In this document: piece by piece, positions 48,465-60,679 of the stretch
Numbering within the stretch: the first letter of the stretch is position 1
Layout of the letters: the number at the start of each line of letters is the position of its first letter
From: Macrostomum lignano
Lineage: Eukaryota
Reading direction: 5' to 3'
Assembly (NCBI GenBank): GCA_002269645.1
Contig: NIVC01001636.1
Coordinates: 5,898-69,897 of the forward strand
DNA: 64,000 nt
Program-made: the position numbers and the translations under genes
Notes under the pieces: generated by a model
What the model was told of the DNA's origin: nothing
The model's input: the letters and a program-made list of their open reading frames with translations, nothing else
Databases searched by the model: none

Positions 48465-50459
48465 CTTATCAACAAGCTCCTGGTGCGCGAGCGCAGAGTT
48501 GTAGTTTGGCTTAAAGCTTTCGCAGAATTTGGTATCATCAGTGATCATAAACCCGGAACTAATACCATTTAAGAGAAACTCTGCATCTCTGTCTTCATTA
48601 AGATACTTCGACCATTCACAAAAGCGCATGTCACCACAGCTGGATGTAGGAAAATTATCAGGAATAAAATCGCGGATTGATGAACTATTTACAATGGCGG
48701 GCAGGCGGTCATCTATTTTTTTGACGCTGAAGCGTGCAGAAGACCCGGATGGTCCCTTCTGCAGATGACGCAAGCATGCTGAAATTTGCATTCCTCGCCG
48801 AACTTACAGCCAGTGTCGCGGTTGAAGAGCAGGCAGATTTGGCGATTCCTCCTATTCTGTGGCTGTTTTCTACGCTGCAAGCTGCTATCTATGGCGATGA
48901 GTCGATTCGGAGTAAGCAAGTGTCGTGAGAGCAACTGGGAAGATTCGTTGTCCCAGTGACGACTGGTTTCATGCTGGAGTCTCCGAAAGCTGTCATCATA
49001 GAGCAGGAAATTACTGACGTCAAATCCACTATTCAGCAGGTCGCCTAACTGGCGGCTGTAGGAAAGGTACTCATGCAACCTTGGAGCAGCGCGCGCTTCC
49101 CAGTCAATCATCTCGCCAGATTCGATCAGGGACTGGAGAATTCTCGCATTCGCACTTATCCACTCGCCGATGCTAATCTGTTCCAGCGGCTTCTGTTTGG
49201 TATTTGTTCCTTTCTTATTGCCAGCGCTGACATTTCCGGAGTCTTCGACGAAGTCAGGAATGAGAAGTGGCCCCCTCTTGGTGGGGTCAGCATCTTGCGC
49301 CAGGAGGGGAATATTCTCTAAGGCTGAATCTGCGGCGCCCCAGCTAACAGAAAAAGCTGGCTTACCCGTCTTCGTGTCATGGCGTCTGCCGCTGAGCTCG
49401 GCTGTCAACTCCGCTTCCTCCTTTTGGAGCCTCAGTAGCCTGGTGCGTTCCTCGGTCGCTTCGATCTCATCGCGCAGGTCCTGACCCTTCGTCGAGCGGT
49501 GGCGGTTGGGGGCGGTGGCTGGGGCTGCGGTTGGCTGTCGATCTCGCTTTCAGTTGATTCCTCTCGTCTGCTGGTTGAGTCGTCTTGTTCAGGGTCTCTA
49601 CCTTGCAGACTTTTCAGACGCGCTAACAGAGTTCTCTTGTTACTAGTAGTTGACTGGCCAGCCGCGGAGAGTTGAGCTTTCAATTCTCGGGCTGTAAGTT
49701 TAGCAAGGCTAGCCATCGCGCAAAAATTAAGCAGGTGTGCCACACCGCGAGCAGAGCACAAGTTGGGGGTTAAAAAGCTAGCCACCCCTAACACCTACGG
49801 CAACCTACGGCCGCCCACAAAGCACACTTCAATCAAGGAAAATCTGAATTTTTACGTCACCAATATCCTAAACCAATACTAGTAACCTCTACAGTCAAAT
49901 TGACAGCAAAAAGTATTAATGCAAAAATTTTCTACTTCAAATATGGGTCTGTATGCTAGACGGAGTGCCTTATTCTTGGTTGCTTTTAAAGGCAGCGCGA
50001 CTTCCGCCCACGGTGACCTCGGCCTCCATTGAAGCATATGCATGAAAATGCATGCCCAAGCACCGTTCTGATAAAATGAAATGTTTTCAAAGTATCTAGC
50101 CAGGTATGTGATATATTTTCTTTTAGAATATTCTAAACCAGTTTTTGTGCGTTTGAGCAGAATCTACAATCAGCTACGGCGGTCTAAAATGAACGCTTTA
50201 GATGATTTCAGCTAAGGAAGTACGAGTATAACAAAAGAACACTATGATCTCTCAATTACTAAATACTTGGCAATAGTTGCTCTGAATAAGGTTACTCATT
50301 TATTGAACTTAAAAAATATTGACCAGAAAACAAAAATACAGAACTGAGCTACATATCTTATATTACTTTTTTAGTGCAAGTGGTGTTTATTGAACGTCCC
50401 ACTTTTACGATAATATTTTAATATAGATTGAGATAAAATAGTTTTATGATCTTACTCCG

Positions 50460-51570
50460 AGGTAGCTAAGCCTAACTAAATCATTTATTGCCGTTAAGGC
50501 ATGGTAAAGCCCAGATATTGTACTATTGAAACTGAAAAATGTAATTATAATGTTCAAATAAATTTCTGAGACGAAAACTGGAATACTCGTAATCCTCAAC
50601 TGTAACCACAACGAGGAAATATCTAAAATCAACGAAACTCTTCCTTAGCATATGCACACAGCATCTTTCTGTTGACTGTGTCACTATTGACTCAGCATTA
50701 ATGTCGTTCATTTGTGGATATCGTAATCAAACAGGAATGAAACCGTGAGTGCTGAAGCGTGAGGAATCATTAAAACTCGCAATTGCGAGGCATCCTTCTA
50801 CTTTCTGCTTTTACATTTGCGTGTTCTGCTAACAATCGAAAATCTAAGAAAGCATTTCTAGACAAACCTCTCAAGACCTCCTACCGCACGAAATGCCAAT
50901 TAAAACGTGGCTCTCGAGACTTCGTCATTACGTTTGCTGAAATGGCAAACAGGCACTAAACATTTCTCTTTTATATTTCTATTTCAGAAAATTCATGTAT
51001 GACAAGTTTTTACTTTTTTGATAGAAAAGATTTGATTTTTTCTTTGGCACTTCGCGTATACAATGAAATAATGATAGATGTGGATGGTTTTGGTGTATCT
51101 TATATTTTAAATATTATCTAGATCAAGGCTGGCAAGCTCACCGCTGCGGACCACATGGAAGAGCAAATGGAGAGGGAATGAGATAGGGAAAAGAAGAAAG
51201 AGAAGATGACAGAAGAGAGGAGAGGTGAGAGATTCGATAAGAGAATAGAGGAGAGAGGAGAAGGGAGTAGAAATGAAAGAAGAGTTGAAAGCAGAGAAGA
51301 AAGAAGAGTGTCGGAGAGACTTGGGGACTTGGTGACTTGCGTAGAGACTTGAGCGGGCCGATGTCTCCTGACGGCAGAAAATTGGAAAGCTTCCACTCAG
51401 CTGTTCTAGGCAAGCTAGGACTCCTAAAAGTTACCGTTGAATCAGGACGTAGCGCATGTGTAAATATTGATCCCAATGTCTTGAAGACTCACTTTTTTAC
51501 GTAAACTTTGCGATGTTTGTCTTCATCACTCCATCACGCAGCTGCATTGTTTTCGACTGCACGATATATC
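50460..51570 (+). repeat. Dispersed duplication, copy B of ~5340-6760
   Basis: Same collinear blocks as copy A. Confidence 0.8.
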
Positions 51571-52684
51571 GCCTATACCTCGTAGTCATTACTTGTAAAA
51601 TTTTTTGAACAAACTTGTGCAAAAAGTTTTGATTTAAGATAAACTGATCCGGAGTTATGAGCATTTGAAGCTTAGTTGCAGAGGCCTTCAAGAGAATTGC
51701 AATATTGAGCCTGCCACTGCAGCTTCTAGTGGTTATTTTTTTCTATAGGACTGCATGGCAGCAACCTGGGAATGAATGAGGAAGTCTTCTTCATTACCGT
51801 TGAACAGATTTTATTTCTCAGCAATGGTTTTCCATACAGATTCCTTTGAATACGATCAGAAACACTATTATGAAGATACGAGATAACAATGCAGTGACTA
51901 AAAAACGAATGCGAACAAAGCACTCCATAGTTTGTCGAAGAAGCCTACTTTATTGAAACAACTGTCGAAAATTATGTCTACGCATCTTCGTACTACTGTT
52001 GAATTTCGATAGAGTACTATTGAACGCACATTACAGTCTGATATTGTTTTGTTAAATCTATAAACTTATCAAGAGGTTTGTGTGTTTTTTGAAGTTATGA
52101 ATTGCCGCTCAGACTACTGACTGCATGATTTTACGAAGTAGACCGTAACGAATACAGCGAAAGAATCTTTTATTGTTATTGCCTTTGAATTAATTACATT
52201 ACAGTATAGAGAGTTCTTATTTAAAATGATATAGGACATTGAGTACTAATCGGTAGAAAGCTCAAGTTTTAAAGAAAAGTAAAATACGACAATATACATT
52301 TAGCTAAGTTGTTAGAGCGTAATTATTTTTAAAATAAACAAAAGATAATCTAGTCTCAAAATGTTATTTAAGGTCTCTTAAAACTCGTTCACACCTTCAT
52401 CAGATGAGTCCAATTGTTCGTAGCATTATTTCATTGTTTAACTCATTTCGGTGTGAACGAGTCTTTGAGGTTTTACACTTCTGCATGAGTACATACACAA
52501 GTACATTAAAATCAAGAAAAGAAAAATATTCAAATTTAGCTTGATGATGACCTTTCTCTTAAAAACAGCAAATAATATCAATAAGTTTGCTTTCAGAAAA
52601 AAAGTCTGGTTTGAATTTTTCAATTCAAACTGTTCAGCAGTTCAGGCAGTCGACTGCCTATAGGTTACGACATCCGCCTTTGGT

Positions 52685-55600
52685 TCAGCCACGAACAAAC
52701 AGCTCACCCGCGGTGCTGTTCAACTCATTCGGCACCACAGAGAACTTGAGTAGATAACAGAGCTGCTGTTGCTGGGCAAAGATTACAGCCTGACAGCCGG
52801 TGTCGCACTGGTACAGGCACTCGCGTATGCTACCGGCATTTGAGATCCAGTGCGTGCTGTTCGGGACTCGGGTGCTGAAGTAGACCTTGTTGAAGCTGCG
52901 AGTAAATCGGTTCGTGTCTAAAATTTATATTGGTGAACCGGTTAAGGGACACTGTACATGTGTGATTCAATGTCGAAACGAAGCTCTAAAGGCCCTTTTA
53001 CACCGCCTTTAAATGAGGCCAATTTTCGAGTGATCACAAAATTTGAGTTGATGATTAAGCGTTCACACCGCCATCAACAGACTGATACTGAGGAGAATGA
53101 CTGGGCTGAGGTTTAAAGGAGGGTGATGCAAGTTTTCCAATTAGTTGCGCGAACAATACTGTACGGGAATATCTCCAGCTGAGCCTGAATCGTACATATA
53201 TATTTTACTCTATTACATATATTACACTTTTTTATTGTTCTTTTTCCTGGTATTTCAATTGTTAGGCTGCCGAAGGTCGTTAAGAACAGGATTTCTTGCA
53301 CCTTGTTTACCAGAGGTCCCAGCGGCAACCAACGGGTGCGCTGTTTTTTAATGCTTGCTCATTTCGTTTGTCAGGGGTCGGCAATCTTTTTTACCTCAAG
53401 GGCCAGATAGAGAACCTATAGAGCATGACTGCGGATGAGAGAGAATAAAAAAGAAAAAAGGAGATAGGAGAAATGAGAGGCGAGGAAATGAAGGAGCAAA
53501 GAGGAGACGAGAGGAGAGAGGAGAGATGAATTAGGTTAGGAGAGTAGAAAAGAGGAGAGAGAGAGGGAGATGAGGAAGGAGAGAGAGAGAGGAGATGAGG
53601 AAGGAGAGAGGAGAGAGGAGAGGAGAGAGAAGAGAGGAGAGCTGGAGAAGAGAGGAGAGAAGAGAGAAGAGCGCTGAGAAGAGACAAACATTCAAGGGCC
53701 GAATTACTATTGTGCAGTTTCGAAGGACCTTGAAGGCCGGATAAAGAGGCTTTGCAGGCCGCATGTGGCCTGCGGGCCAGAGTTTGCCGCCCCCTGACTC
53801 CCATGTGATGGAAAATAATAAAATAGTTAATGTTGTGTATGAACTTAAGTTCTATGGTTTATGGGTGAAGCCTTATTCATATTTTAAGTATAGCAGCCAG
53901 CTACTTCGCTGCGGAAAATATACGCGCTGCATGCATCTACGATCTCTTCCTAACTTGGCATCTTGCATTCGTCTTCGTTACTACGAAAGTACAACATGGC
54001 GACGAGGAAAATTTAATTCGCCGCGGGACGATACTGCAGTCACCAAATCTTCATCCCGATGTCTTCCGGACTCGACTTCCGACTGGGGGAGATGCCGCTG
54101 TGCTACCCGATGTCGAACAGTATTTCAAGCGCCTCGGTTTTTACATTAGCGCAACGGAAAAGAATGACCAGAGCAAAGCCGTTCTACTTGCTACTTGTGG
54201 AGATGCCGCATTTTCACTGATTGAGACACTTGTGCAGCCAGAAGACATTTTAAACGATACAAAGTGTACGTTCGATTTCATCAAAGAAGCGGTACTGAGC
54301 CACTTGAAACCCAAGCGCCTTCTTCACTACGACAGACATCTGCTACATACCATGGTCCAAATACAGGGTGAGTCGGTGACAAAGTTTTTGGAGAGACTGA
54401 AGACACAGGCCAACAAATGCGAATTCGGCAACCTGCGAGAAGAGTTAATTCTTTCTCAGTATATTTTCGGACTGGCTGATAATTCTCTGAAGCAAAAATT
54501 ACTAGTGAAGGAAAAGCTGGATCTAGAGACTGCGGTTAAGGATAGTCTCTTATCGGAGTCCGTATCTCAAGCTACTGATTCGAGCAAAACCGTCGCAGCA
54601 GTGCAGAAAACCACTCACAAGAAGACCGGCAGCAACCAAAAGTATCCAACGGTATCCAGGCCAATGCCAACAACGCCGAATCATTCTAAGTCTAGCTGCC
54701 ATTCCTGTGGTAACCCGGGTCATCTTAGAAATACCGCAAGTTCCGTAATGCGACATGTCACAAGTGCGGAAAAACCGGGCACATTGCCAGAGCATGCAGG
54801 TCCAACATCGGTGGCAGCAAGAAAGTCACGTACGCGGAAGTTGAAGCAACCGACGCTGATCCACCTGATTCAGCTGTGTACTCGGTGATCAAGGCTACTC
54901 CATGCGACGAACTCTGGAAAATAGTCTGCACGATCGGTGATTCCACAGTCCATATGTGCGTCGACTCTGGTAGTCAGGTAACAATTTTGCCAGTAACCAT
55001 CGTAGAGCAAGCCGGATTGCACATGGTTGACGCGGACATTCGATCACTCAAAGTTTTCGGGGGAGCTTCAGTTTCCGTACGAGGCATGGCTAAGGACGTC
55101 ACGATTGAGCTGAGAAACGGCAAAACGGCATGCGGAGACATATATGTCGGGGACCCATCCAGTCAAGCCATTTTAGGAATAAATTTTATTCGTGCCTTCA
55201 ACCTATTGACGGTAGACGAATTTCTGTGCCATCCAGTGCAGTGTGATGAAAATTTAAGATTCCAGGCCAGCTTTCGCCTGAAGGACGGGGCCTCTACCGA
55301 TGGAATGTGCTTTCCTGCCAGATCCCTTCCGTTCTCAATTAAAACTTTGGTTGAACTGGAGCTGAAAAGACTGGAAAGTGCAGGTACCATCTACCCAGTT
55401 CACTCGCCTAAGGTATCGTGCCCTATTGTTCCTGTGTTGAAACCAGAAGGATCAAAGAGACCCATTAGACTGTATGGAGACTATTCAGTCACTCTCAACA
55501 GACTGATAGACCGAGATCGATATCGACTGCCAACTTTGAAAGAAATCCTTCAAAAGATCCCAAATTCGAAAGTGTATTCAGTGCTTGACCTCGAAGACGC

Positions 55601-58600
55601 ATTCTTGCAGATTCCCCTAACGCCAGAAAGTCAGATCTTACGTGTATTTCCACCCACGTAGGACATTTTGCCTTCCGCAAGTTACAATTTGGCATATCGG
55701 CAGCACCACTGATATTTCAGGAAGTTATGGATATCTTGCTCAAAGGAATACCAGGCACTGCTTCTTATCAGGACGACATCATTCTAGGCACTGAAACAAT
55801 GGAGCAGCATCGACAGATCCTGGTGCAAGTCAAGGAAAAACTGAAAAAGCATGGATTCAAGATCAATGAGCGTAAGACTCAGGAGTGCAAGAAAGAAGTC
55901 ACATTTCTGGGATTTCTCCTCCGAGATGGGAAACTTTTGCCTGATCCTGCAAGAGTGGAAGCTCTATCCAACTTGTCAGAGCCAAAAGACCGGGATCAAT
56001 TGAGAAGTGCTATATGCACCTTAAGACACTACGGGATTTTTTGTCGGAACTTCTCTATGATCGCCAAGCCGCTCTATTACCTCCTAAAGAAAGGGGTTCA
56101 GTGGAAATGGACTGTCGTTCACTCGAGTGCGTTCTCCCAACTGAAAGCTGCTGTAACGGAAGGTCGAATCGTTTCTTATGATATAAAAGGCCGTTGTTTC
56201 TAACCTGCGACGCTTCTCAGAGTGGAGTCGGATTTGTGCTGTCCCACGACACGAACCAAAAAGAAGTTGTATGGCTGGGAAGCAGAGTTTTGACCAAGGC
56301 TGAGGCCAACTACGCCAACATTGAGCGGGAGGCTCTTGCAATTATCGAGGGTGTAAAATATTTTCATCAATTTCTGGCAGGCCGTCATTTTACAATCATC
56401 TCTGATCACAGACCTTTGCAGTACATCTTCTCTACAACAAAAGTTCCTGACCGAGTTTCTGCGAGACTCCAGAGATGGGCATTGCTGCTCAGATCCTATG
56501 ACTACACTGTCACTTACTCAAAAGGAGACACCATGCTCGCAGCAGTTACTCTGTCCAGAATTCCTTCAACAAACGCTTCTACTTCGTTTTCAAATTTTGA
56601 TGTCAATCTTCTGGAGGTAAACTCTCTCGTAGAATTTTCTTCTTCTGGGACAATTCTTCGGCGTGTCGCCAACACCAGAGACCCTGAAATTGATATTATC
56701 AAGAAGTTTGTTACTCAAGGTTGGCCAAGCTAAATTTCTAAACAGCTGCTTCCGTACACCAAATCCAAGGCGGAATACTCCATTCAAAACGGGATTCTGT
56801 TCAAAGGGATCCGAATCGTGCCTCCAAAGTCCATGCGCAGAGAAATTCTTCAAATTCTTCACGAGAATCATCCGGGCATTGTGCGCATGATCAGACTAGC
56901 TCGAGAGTACTTCTGGTGGCCTTACATTGACGCCCAGATCAATAGCTTCGTTCAAAGGTGTCCTTCCTGCCAACTAAATTCGAGAAAGCGAACAAATGCA
57001 AATCTGCATTCATGGGAAGATGCAAAGTTCTTCTTCGAACGTGTTCATCTGGACATAGCATATTTCAAGGAAAACACTTCTTGGTTCTCATCGACTCCTT
57101 CTCTCGGTGGATTGATGTACATCAGCTGTCCAATCTCACAGCCAACTCTCTTATTCCAGCATGCAGACGAACATTTAAGTACATGGGACATTGTGACTGA
57201 CAATGGAACCAATTTTCGATCAAAAGAGTTCGCAGAATTTCTCAAGAAGAATCTAATTAACCATGTCCTAACACCACCTGGTCATCACCAGTCAAATGGG
57301 ATTGTGGAGAGAGCTATCCAAGAGTTGAAAGTGACTCTGAAGCAGGACAGTAATGACATAGGTTCCGAATGTGAGAAGGTGTTGATATCATTCTGCCTTT
57401 CGAAGAACACTACACCGAATTCCGAAGGAGCGATTCCTGCTGCACAACTGTTTATGCAACGCCCAAGAACGCGCCTCACTGCAACCTTTACAGAATGGGA
57501 CAAACCGCTAACTACCCCAATTCCTGTCTACATCAACGTAGAAGGAAAGTCAGACAAGGTCCCAGAGAAATCCAAGGACTTCATGGATCAAATACCTACT
57601 TGGACAGCAAAGGACGGGTTGTTCATGCATCTGATGCAAGCCAAGGACTACAGAGAACTCACAAGAGATTACCTCGCCTGGACCTGCCAATGTTGGCAGC
57701 AGCAAGGAGAAGGAAATGGAGACTACGACTCCTGCTGAAGTGGAGACAACCAGCGATCAAAGTCCCGAGTACCAAGTTTCTCGTCGAAGTCAGAGGCTCC
57801 GAAAAGCCCCTGATCGGCTGACCTATTCCTGATTTATTTGATCGTTAGACAAAATAGAAAACAGTCATTTATTTCTCTCCAGGTTAATTGCTAAAATATG
57901 GGGGTGTTGTGTATGAACTTAAGTTCTATGGTTTATGGGTGAAGCCTTATTCATATTTTAAGTATAGCAGCCAGCTACTTCGCTGCGGAAAATATACGCG
58001 CTGCATGCATCTACAATCTCTTCCTAACTCGGCATCTTGCATTCGTCTTCGTTACTACGAAAAGTACAACAGTTAATAACCTGACTGGTGTGATGACCAA
58101 TCAATTTTGAAGCGACAGTCAGACTAGACGTAGAGTTGTTGAAATAGTGACCATAATAGAGTTTTGTGTGTTGGGCAACTTGAGTGCTGTGTAAGAGGCA
58201 AGCGACGAATGTACAGCGTTTTAGTTCATCAACTGGGGCCTGTGCTATAGAATACTCTTAACTCCTAAATCCTTAAGAGTGTCCTAACTCCTAACTCCTT
58301 GATGGCTTTTCTGTGCTATAGAATCATGAGCAAATTTTAAGAGCTAGGAGGCTCCTTTAAGGACGTAGGAGACTCCTTGGTTAATTTAGGAGACCTCATT
58401 AAGGTTTCTCGCGTGCTATAGAATAAGGAGCGGGGAGTAGGAGCTAAGAGCTAGGAGCTAGGAGTTGCCGTTTAAGAGTGAATTTTAGGAGTGCGTGTCC
58501 TATAGAAGGAGCGAATTTCATTTCTAGCTCCTAACTCCTAGATAAGAATTCAAGGGCCAAATTTTACTCTTAGGTTAGTAGGATTGTCTTTTTGTCATGT

Positions 58601-59845
58601 TTTCGGATAGCGACCTAGGCTCGGACGATGAGGGAGCCAACGATCGGCGACCCAGGCAATTTAAGCAAAAAGACAAGCTTTTTCGAAGAATTTCGTACTG
58701 TGTCACGACTTCCGCTCAATGAGAATTAACGACACTTTCAACAAACATAGGTTGCATCCTTAATCATCACAAATCTTAGATTTCGACATGTGCATGTTCT
58801 ATTGTCTGTGCCAAAAACGGGCACGTTTTGCTGAATACAATAATTACCAATTTTATGGTCTCTAATAGCCCCTCTTTATACGATACTTCTTATACGAGTG
58901 TTGTTTATCAAATGAAAGCGATTACTTACAATAGCAGTTAAACCATTTTTATTGACTTAGTCTATCAACTAATTAAATGCGCAGGCTTGTAGCCTAAAAT
59001 GGTTTTATTGCTTTACGCGCTCGTAGTCGCTTTTCACGGGGTAATAAAACTTGTTTTAACTTGTTTTTTAATTCCTAGGATTACTGCTTAAGGTGCATAC
59101 ATTTAAGAGTTTCATATAGCACGCAGATTGGCAGACTCCTTAGCCAATCACCTTACACTCCTTAGAACTCCTCACTCCTATCCTTGGAACAAGTCCTAGC
59201 TCCTAACTCTTGATTCTTGAACTCCATAGGACACAAAATCGATTCACTCCTTGCTAGGAGCACTCCTGATTCCTAACTTCTTACTCCTTGCTCTTAAATC
59301 TATAGCACGGGCCAGCCCCAAGACACAGCGAGTGTGCGTGCCTGACGATTAGAAAGTAAGGGCCGCTGTACACCCTGTGTGAGCGTGTGTATGAGTGCGT
59401 GCCTGCATATAGCATTAGAACTTGTATGTGTTCAGGAATCAACACAACTCACTTTCGTAGTTTAGAGCAAACACAGAATTTATCATGCTGTTGCCGCAGA
59501 TCTGTGAAGAGTTTCCCGAGCAGTTCATAGAGCAGCTTGACTCGCTCAGCTGTCCATGACGACCGTAGGACCAGCCGCAGGCACAGAACTTTGAGTACTG
59601 AAGACTATGTAGGGAAATCCGCCCAGAGCGCACACGTCGCTGCAAAGCTCGTGGGTCATATTGGAATAGCTGAAGATAAAACAGGGCCTATATGACTTGA
59701 TTTCCATACCAGAAATCTCTGCTACTTTGTCTAGAGCGCAGAGGTCTCTATCCGTATTGTCTCGAAAGCAGCCGATGTAGGACCTGCCGAGGAGGCTGCC
59801 TGAGCACACCGAGAAAAGACAACAGATGAAGAAGCCGAGTATCAT
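52685..59845 (-). CDS. WSC + PAN/apple-like protein, copy 3 (exons 59845-59453 and 52917-52685; 6.5-kb intron); 1-nt frameshift at ~59605
   Basis: MILGFFICCLFSVCSG signal; SYIGCFRD...MTHELCSDVCALGGFPY; TACATAGTCTTCAG lacks one G relative to Y-I-G-L-Q-Y. Donor A|GTGAGT and acceptor TTTTAG|AC are both phase 1; exon 2 TNRFT...ECLYQCDTGCQAVIF...LCYLLKF. Pseudogene or assembly indel. Confidence 0.75.
53372..53796. mobile_element. hAT-like MITE with an internal GA-rich tract
   Basis: TIRs CAGGGGTCGGCAA / TTGCCGCCCCCTG with subterminal GGCC(C/T)GCGGGCC; no 8-bp TSD retained. Confidence 0.65.
53831..58071 (+). mobile_element. Full-length but frameshifted Ty3/gypsy (Mag-like) LTR retrotransposon in the WSC-PAN copy 3 intron
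   Basis: LTRs 53831-53996 and 57905-58071 (2 substitutions and 1 indel seen); TSD GTTAA; PBS TGGCGACGAGG at 53997. gag with CCHC, VDSGSQVT protease, SYQDDI RT, TCDAS RNase H and HENHPG..CPSC / TDNG / NGIVER integrase, split over several frames. Confidence 0.95.
58237..59313. mobile_element. Non-autonomous TIR DNA transposon (PIF/Harbinger-like)
   Basis: TIRs GGCCTGTGCTATAGA / TCTATAGCACGGGCC; many internal TAGGAG/CTCCTA motifs; TSD not resolved. Confidence 0.6.
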
Positions 59846-60464
59846 GATGGATTGTTCGAGTATCACGGCGAAGAATTTTCCTATTGCCCTAAAAACTGAC
59901 AATTATCTTCTTTTTGGAAGAACCCAGGCGTATTTGATTGGCTAAACCTTTAATTAGCTGGGTGAGCAGTATCCCAGCAGCTTGTTTTGCAGTAGCAAGA
60001 AAGAGCATAGCTCGTACGAGTGCTATCAAGTGCTTTAATTGACACCTGGAATACTTCACAACATGAAAGTATTGTATGTATGTATTTGATAAAACTGATC
60101 GGGTAGCTCTAATCCGTCCAACCCTCGCACACCGCTCCCCCCACTTCATTCTCAACGAGATGCCCTGGAAATCGGAGGATTATGCCGTTAGCTGGAAGTT
60201 TCATATCGACAAAAGACGGGATTTTTATAACTGATCCTTAAACTGATCATTCACAATTTCAAATATTGAAGCCTAAAGATTCAAAAGTTGATCGATCTTG
60301 TGTAATTGTGCCCAGCACAGATAATGCTACTGGCAGACGATGGATTACTTCAGTCGTCCTTGACTTCGAGCTGATAAAATTTGGATTTTGCTTGTGTTAT
60401 TACTAAAGTTAAGAAGGTATCGCAAGTACTTTAACTCGTCTCGGCTCTTAGCTATCGATTCGCT

Positions 60465-60679
60465 TTAATATCGAAAGTAGAAGTCGCCATCCACAATGGG
60501 CACGAGGGCGAACTTCATCAGACTGCACAGCTGCAGGTTCTCGTAAACAGACAGATTGACAGTCGGGTTTGTACAGCATCAGGCAGCTTGCTGGGCTGCT
60601 CGCAGTGGCATTCCATTAGGCAGAGACAGAGCTCAGCACGGAGACGTACTCTCGGCTGGATCGCTTGAAGAAGTCGAGA
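60465..60679 (-). pseudogene. Orphan, frameshifted PAN/apple-like exon (fourth family member)
   Basis: Acceptor TTGCAG; pieces DCQSV..YENLQLCSLMKFALVPIVDGDFYFRY* are homologous to the other PAN exons; internal stop and indels. Confidence 0.62.

Larger units (their letters stand above)
41823..49829 (-). mobile_element. Ngaro-type (DIRS superfamily) tyrosine-recombinase retrotransposon, interrupted by a nested gypsy element
   Basis: Split direct repeats in Ngaro order on the minus strand: A1 49829-49722, ORFs, B1 42228-42158, A2 42159-42010, B2 41893-41823. ORFs: SAP-like N-terminus (start 49716), gag with CCCH finger (CLLFNRDTGCKFGEECKFQHAC), RT (VSPLAAIPK, RLIHD, KVDIKHAYRS, GYLDDF) and YR (FSAHSLRRGGAT...GDWRS.AV.RY at ~42460-42345). 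Frameshifted. Confidence 0.88.
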
